IMG/VR virus record: IMGVR_UViG_3300034374_009547
DNA length: 64,000 nt
DNA from: a virus
Taxonomy: Duplodnaviria; Caudoviricetes
Direction: 5' to 3' (one strand)
Numbering within the stretch: position 1 is the first letter of the stretch; each line of letters starts with the position of its first letter. Position numbers and translations under genes: made by a program. Positions 60,397 through 64,000 of the stretch are shown piece by piece. The notes beneath the pieces were generated by a model, which saw only the letters and a program-made list of their open reading frames with translations, made no database searches and was not told where the DNA came from.

Positions 60397-62151
60397 ATGA
60401 GTTGGAAAAAATATTTTACTCCAGTTCCAACTGCTGACAATAGAAATGGCAGTTATTCGCCATTTTCTATGCGAGGTACAGGTAACGTAGGTCCTGCTGC
60501 TGCAAATTATTCTTCTCATTTGCCTGACGTATATGTAGGGTCTCCAAATCGTATTGAACGTTATAATCAATACAATACAATGGATAGTGATAGTGAAGTT
60601 AATGCTGCACTAGATATTCTTGCTGAGTTTTGTTCACAAAAAAACAAACAAAACGATACACATTTTGAAATTGATTTTAAAGGATCACCTACTAACAGCG
60701 AAGTACAAGTTATAGGGCAATATCTAAAGCAATGGTGTAAATTAAATCAATTTGAAACACGTATGTTTAGAACAATACGTAATGCATTTAAATATGGCGA
60801 CCAATTTTTTATTAGAGATCCACAGACACAAAAATGGTATCACGTTGATCCTAGTCAAGTAACAAAAATTATTGTTAACGAAAGCGAAGGAAAAAAGCCT
60901 GAGCAGTATGTTGTTAAAAATTTAAATTTTGCATTTGAAGCACTAGAAGCAACACCTTTAAACACAACTAATAGTTACGGACCTGGAGGAACAAGTCCAG
61001 GATATCAAACGGTTACAAAACAAAGCCAAACAGGTAATCATACACCAAGTGGTAACACAAGTAGATTTGCACAAGAACATGATGAAACTTATGTAGATGC
61101 AAATCATGTTGTACATTTGTCAATGAGTGAAGGACTTGATCAAAACTTTCCATTTGGTAATTCACTATTAGAAAGTATTTTTAAAGTATACAAACAAAAA
61201 GAATTATTAGAAGATGCGATTATTATCTATCGTGTACAACGTGCGCCAGAGCGCAGAGTATTCTACGTTGATGTGGGTAACATGCCTTCACACCTTGCTA
61301 TGCAATTTGTGGAGCGTGTAAAAACGGAAATACACCAAAGACGTATCCCATCCAAGACAGGTGGTGGCACAAATGTTATAGACTCAAGTTATAATCCTCT
61401 GTCAATCAACGAAGATTACTTCTTTCCACAAACTGCTGAAGGGCGTGGCTCAAAAGTTGAAACACTTCCGGGTGGTACCAACTTAGGAGAAATTGATGAC
61501 CTTAGATACTTTACTAATAAGTTGGTACGCGGCTTACGTATCCCAAGTTCGTACTTACCAACTGGAGCAGATGACGGTGCTTCACAATACAATGATGGAC
61601 GTGTGGGTACTGCCTATATTCAAGAACTTCGCTTTAACAAATACTGCGAACGTTTGCAATCCATGGTTGAAGAAGTATTCAACAAAGAGTTCAAACTATT
61701 CTTAGGTTCAAAAGGTGCAAATATTGATTTTGCAATGTTTGACTTAAGGTTAACACCACCACAAAACTTTGCAGCATATAGACAAGCAGAACTTGATAAC
61801 AACAGAATAGGAACGTTTACGCAAATGGCAGGTATACCTTATATCTCAAATAGATTTGCTATGCAACGTTTCTTAGGATTAAGTGCAGAAGAGATTGCAG
61901 AAAACGAACGTTTGTGGAGAGAAGAGAACGACGAAAATCTAGTAGATCTAGTTAACGATGACATGGCAGGTGAAATGCGTGGTGCAGGCCTTAGCGGTGC
62001 TGACCTTGCAGGAGACCTAGGTGGTATGGAAACTGATCTAGAAGGAGACTTGGGCGGCATTGATGGCGGCACTGGAGAAGCACCGGCAACAAATACAGAA
62101 AATGATTTAGGCGGAACACCAGCACCTACTGAAACGGCACAAACTATATAA
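60397..62151 (+). CDS. gp20: Portal protein, T4 gp20-like
   Basis: MD.DSEVNAALDI.AE; LLEDAIIIYRVQRAPERRVFYVDVGNMP; EDYFFP...GRGSKVETLPGG.NLGEIDDL.YF; E.RFNKYC.RLQ. Confidence 0.95.
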   Translation: MSWKKYFTPVPTADNRNGSYSPFSMRGTGNVGPAAANYSSHLPDVYVGSPNRIERYNQYNTMDSDSEVNAALDILAEFCSQKNKQNDTHFEIDFKGSPTNSEVQVIGQYLKQWCKLNQFETRMFRTIRNAFKYGDQFFIRDPQTQKWYHVDPSQVTKIIVNESEGKKPEQYVVKNLNFAFEALEATPLNTTNSYGPGGTSPGYQTVTKQSQTGNHTPSGNTSRFAQEHDETYVDANHVVHLSMSEGLDQNFPFGNSLLESIFKVYKQKELLEDAIIIYRVQRAPERRVFYVDVGNMPSHLAMQFVERVKTEIHQRRIPSKTGGGTNVIDSSYNPLSINEDYFFPQTAEGRGSKVETLPGGTNLGEIDDLRYFTNKLVRGLRIPSSYLPTGADDGASQYNDGRVGTAYIQELRFNKYCERLQSMVEEVFNKEFKLFLGSKGANIDFAMFDLRLTPPQNFAAYRQAELDNNRIGTFTQMAGIPYISNRFAMQRFLGLSAEEIAENERLWREENDENLVDLVNDDMAGEMRGAGLSGADLAGDLGGMETDLEGDLGGIDGGTGEAPATNTENDLGGTPAPTETAQTI

Positions 62152-62154
62152 ATA
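62147..62154 (+). promoter_or_regulatory. T4-type late promoter TATAAATA
   Basis: Exact T4 late consensus, 5 nt before ATG 62160. Confidence 0.75.
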
Positions 62155-62159
62155 ATAAT

Positions 62160-62411
62160 ATGATACTACGAGAACTATATTACTTCGATAAAGATACAAT
62201 GGAACCAGTTGAGGACGAAACATACGATCCGCAAGACGACCAAAGTGTGATTAAAGTTGATGATACAAGAAAAAGTAGACTAACATTAAAAGATATAAAC
62301 AAAGCCCGCAAAGCCAGTGATGCACATAGAAAAGAGTCAATGAAAGATCTAAACTACATTAGACAAATGTACGGATTAGCAGCTCAAGCAGCACTTGGCG
62401 GAGGCGTATGA
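62160..62411 (+). CDS. Small hypothetical protein (head module)
   Basis: ORF directly after a late promoter; RKSRLTL..INK.RK motif. Confidence 0.75.
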   Translation: MILRELYYFDKDTMEPVEDETYDPQDDQSVIKVDDTRKSRLTLKDINKARKASDAHRKESMKDLNYIRQMYGLAAQAALGGGV

Positions 62412-63013
62412 TAAAAAGAGCATTTGTTTTAGGTAACGGTGTCAGCAGAAAAAAAATCCATCCAAACTACTTAAAGGAAATAGGCAAAGTCTATGGATGT
62501 AATGCCTTGTATAGAGAATTTGCTCCTGATCATTTAGTTTGTGTAGACACTAAAATGATTATAGAATTATCTCAAACTGAATATTACAAAAATAATAGTG
62601 TTTGGAGTAATTCAAATAAAGTTACAAAAGGTTTACCTCAAATTAATATTATGAATCCAAACAAAGGATGGAGTAGTGGACCTACTGCATTACTTTTAGC
62701 TAGTCAACATTCATATGACGAAATTTACATTTTAGGTTTTGATTATGAAGGAATTGGAAAAGATAAGCAATTTGTTAATAACATATATGCTGGATCGCAA
62801 AATTATAAAAGAACAGAAGACAGAGCAACTTATTTTGGAAATTGGACAAGACAAACTATGATGTGTATAAATCAGTTTCCAAAAACTAAATACTATCGAA
62901 TAATAGAAAATGAAGGATTTATACCAGATCATTTAAAAGATTTACCCAATCTAACACATATAGATGTTGAAAATTTTGTAGAAAAATTCAACATCACCAC
63001 TTCAATACACTAA
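62408..63013 (+). CDS. Sialyltransferase (GT42/GT29)- or DUF115-like Rossmann protein
   Basis: AFVLGNGVSR, YGCNALYR..PDHLVCVD, SSGPTA, IYILGFDY. Confidence 0.55.
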   Translation: MIKRAFVLGNGVSRKKIHPNYLKEIGKVYGCNALYREFAPDHLVCVDTKMIIELSQTEYYKNNSVWSNSNKVTKGLPQINIMNPNKGWSSGPTALLLASQHSYDEIYILGFDYEGIGKDKQFVNNIYAGSQNYKRTEDRATYFGNWTRQTMMCINQFPKTKYYRIIENEGFIPDHLKDLPNLTHIDVENFVEKFNITTSIH

Positions 63014-63099
63014 AATACGCTGTTTTGACCCCATTTTACACGTATATTTTCTAAAAAGTGTAAATATAACTGACAGCCTTGACAATAAAGGAGAATGAC

Positions 63100-64000
63100 A
63101 TGACTGATCGCAATAAGTTTGAAGAAATGCTTGAGCGTCTCGTCAATGAAGACAGAGAAGGTGCAGAAGCATTGTTCCACGAAATCGTGGTAGAAAAATC
63201 AAGAGATATTTACGAATCACTACTTGAAGATGAAGAAGAAGTAGAAGAAACAACTGATGAAGAAGTTGATGAAGCTACAGATGAAGAAGTAGATGAATCA
63301 GAAGAAGACCTAGACGAAGCAACTGATGAAGAAGTAGACGAAGCTGCTGATGAAGATTTAGATGAATCTGATGAAGAAGTTGAAGAAATGTTTGATGTTG
63401 CAGAAGGTGACCCAGTAGACGACATGATGGGCGACATTGCAATGGACGGTGGCGACGACATGGATATGGAACCAGAAATGGGTGACGACGACATGGGTAT
63501 GGGTGACGAAGAAGGCGATGTAGAAGATCGTGTTGCTGACCTAGAAGACGAATTAGAAGCTCTAAAAGCAGAATTTGAAGCTATGATGGGCGACGAAGAG
63601 CCAGGTGATGAAGAGCCAGGTGATGAAATGCCAATGGACATGGATTCAGAAGAAGGCGACGACGAAGAAGAAGCCGAAGAAGAATCATATGCTTTTGAAG
63701 ACGAAGAAGTAGATGAAGCAGCTGACGAAGAAGTTGAAGAGTCAAAATCAGCAAAATCACATGCAGAGATTATGCGTGAATACACAGATAAAGTGTCAGC
63801 AACAATGGGTGACAATGGCGCAAATGCAAAATCACCAGTAGCAAAGCCAAACAACATGGGCGGCACATCAGCAAACATCGCAAAAGGCGGTTCAGCTGAC
63901 GAAAGCGGTACAGGTGCAAGTGCTCCAAAAGAAGATAACGCTGGTAACGTAAACGTTCCTGGCGCGAAAGGTGCTACTAAGTTAGCATCACAACCTGGCC
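63100..64000 (+). CDS. Highly acidic head-associated protein (scaffold/internal-protein-like), partial
   Basis: Manual translation MTDRNKFEEMLERLVNEDREGAEALFHEIVVEKSRDIYESLL followed by long D/E repeats; AAGGAG RBS; TAAATA at 63061; open to the window end. Confidence 0.75.
   Translation, partial: MTDRNKFEEMLERLVNEDREGAEALFHEIVVEKSRDIYESLLEDEEEVEETTDEEVDEATDEEVDESEEDLDEATDEEVDEAADEDLDESDEEVEEMFDVAEGDPVDDMMGDIAMDGGDDMDMEPEMGDDDMGMGDEEGDVEDRVADLEDELEALKAEFEAMMGDEEPGDEEPGDEMPMDMDSEEGDDEEEAEEESYAFEDEEVDEAADEEVEESKSAKSHAEIMREYTDKVSATMGDNGANAKSPVAKPNNMGGTSANIAKGGSADESGTGASAPKEDNAGNVNVPGAKGATKLASQPG
63225..63390 (+). repeat. Low-complexity GATGAAGAAGTAGA-type repeats encoding DEEVDE(A/S)
   Basis: Repeated GATGAAGAAGT(A/T)GA units are directly visible. 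Confidence 0.8.

Noticed and set aside
51259-62151. Inteins or introns in gp46 or portal
   Set aside because: Lengths and motif spacing are normal; no C..HN intein ends or LAGLIDADG motifs were seen.
1185-62932. The many 60-150 aa opposite-strand or nested ORFs in the track
   Set aside because: They lie fully within motif-bearing genes and have the composition expected of antisense frames.
63210-63878. 222-aa Ser-rich minus-strand ORF
   Set aside because: Antisense shadow of the GAA/GAT-rich acidic plus-strand gene, which has the RBS and promoter.
1-64000. Alternative genetic code or stop-codon recoding (seen in some jumbo phages)
   Set aside because: Very long ORFs, up to 4637 aa, tile the window under the standard code, and TAA, TAG and TGA all act as stops.

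Overview
This window is 64 kb of an AT-rich, densely coded, large tailed dsDNA phage genome, most likely a distant T4-like (contractile-tail) jumbo phage. It uses the standard genetic code. All calls come from motif recognition by eye; no database search was run. (1) ~1-17 kb is an enzyme island: six radical SAM proteins of two architectures, two methyltransferase-like proteins, a nitroreductase fused to a phycobiliprotein-like helical domain, four glycosyltransferase-like proteins, an adenylate-forming enzyme plus a GNAT-like partner, and one embedded structural gene. Much of the island sits behind near-perfect sigma70-type promoters. (2) ~17-49 kb (minus strand) is a tail fibre/baseplate module, including a 4637-aa protein and gp6, gp25, gp5, gp53 and gp48/54-like genes. 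(3) ~49-55 kb holds gp55 late sigma, gp47/gp46 (Mre11/Rad50), a flavin-dependent halogenase-like gene and a GIY-YIG nuclease. (4) A ~460-nt hairpin-rich non-coding stretch with its own late-promoter motif follows. (5) The rest is a gp26-like gene with a candidate -1 frameshift into an unannotated downstream ORF, tape measure, portal (gp20) and the start of an acidic head protein. The best leads are the candidate structured ncRNA (55377-55841), the T_TTT_TTC frameshift (57394-57400) and the radical SAM/glycosyltransferase/ligase tailoring island.
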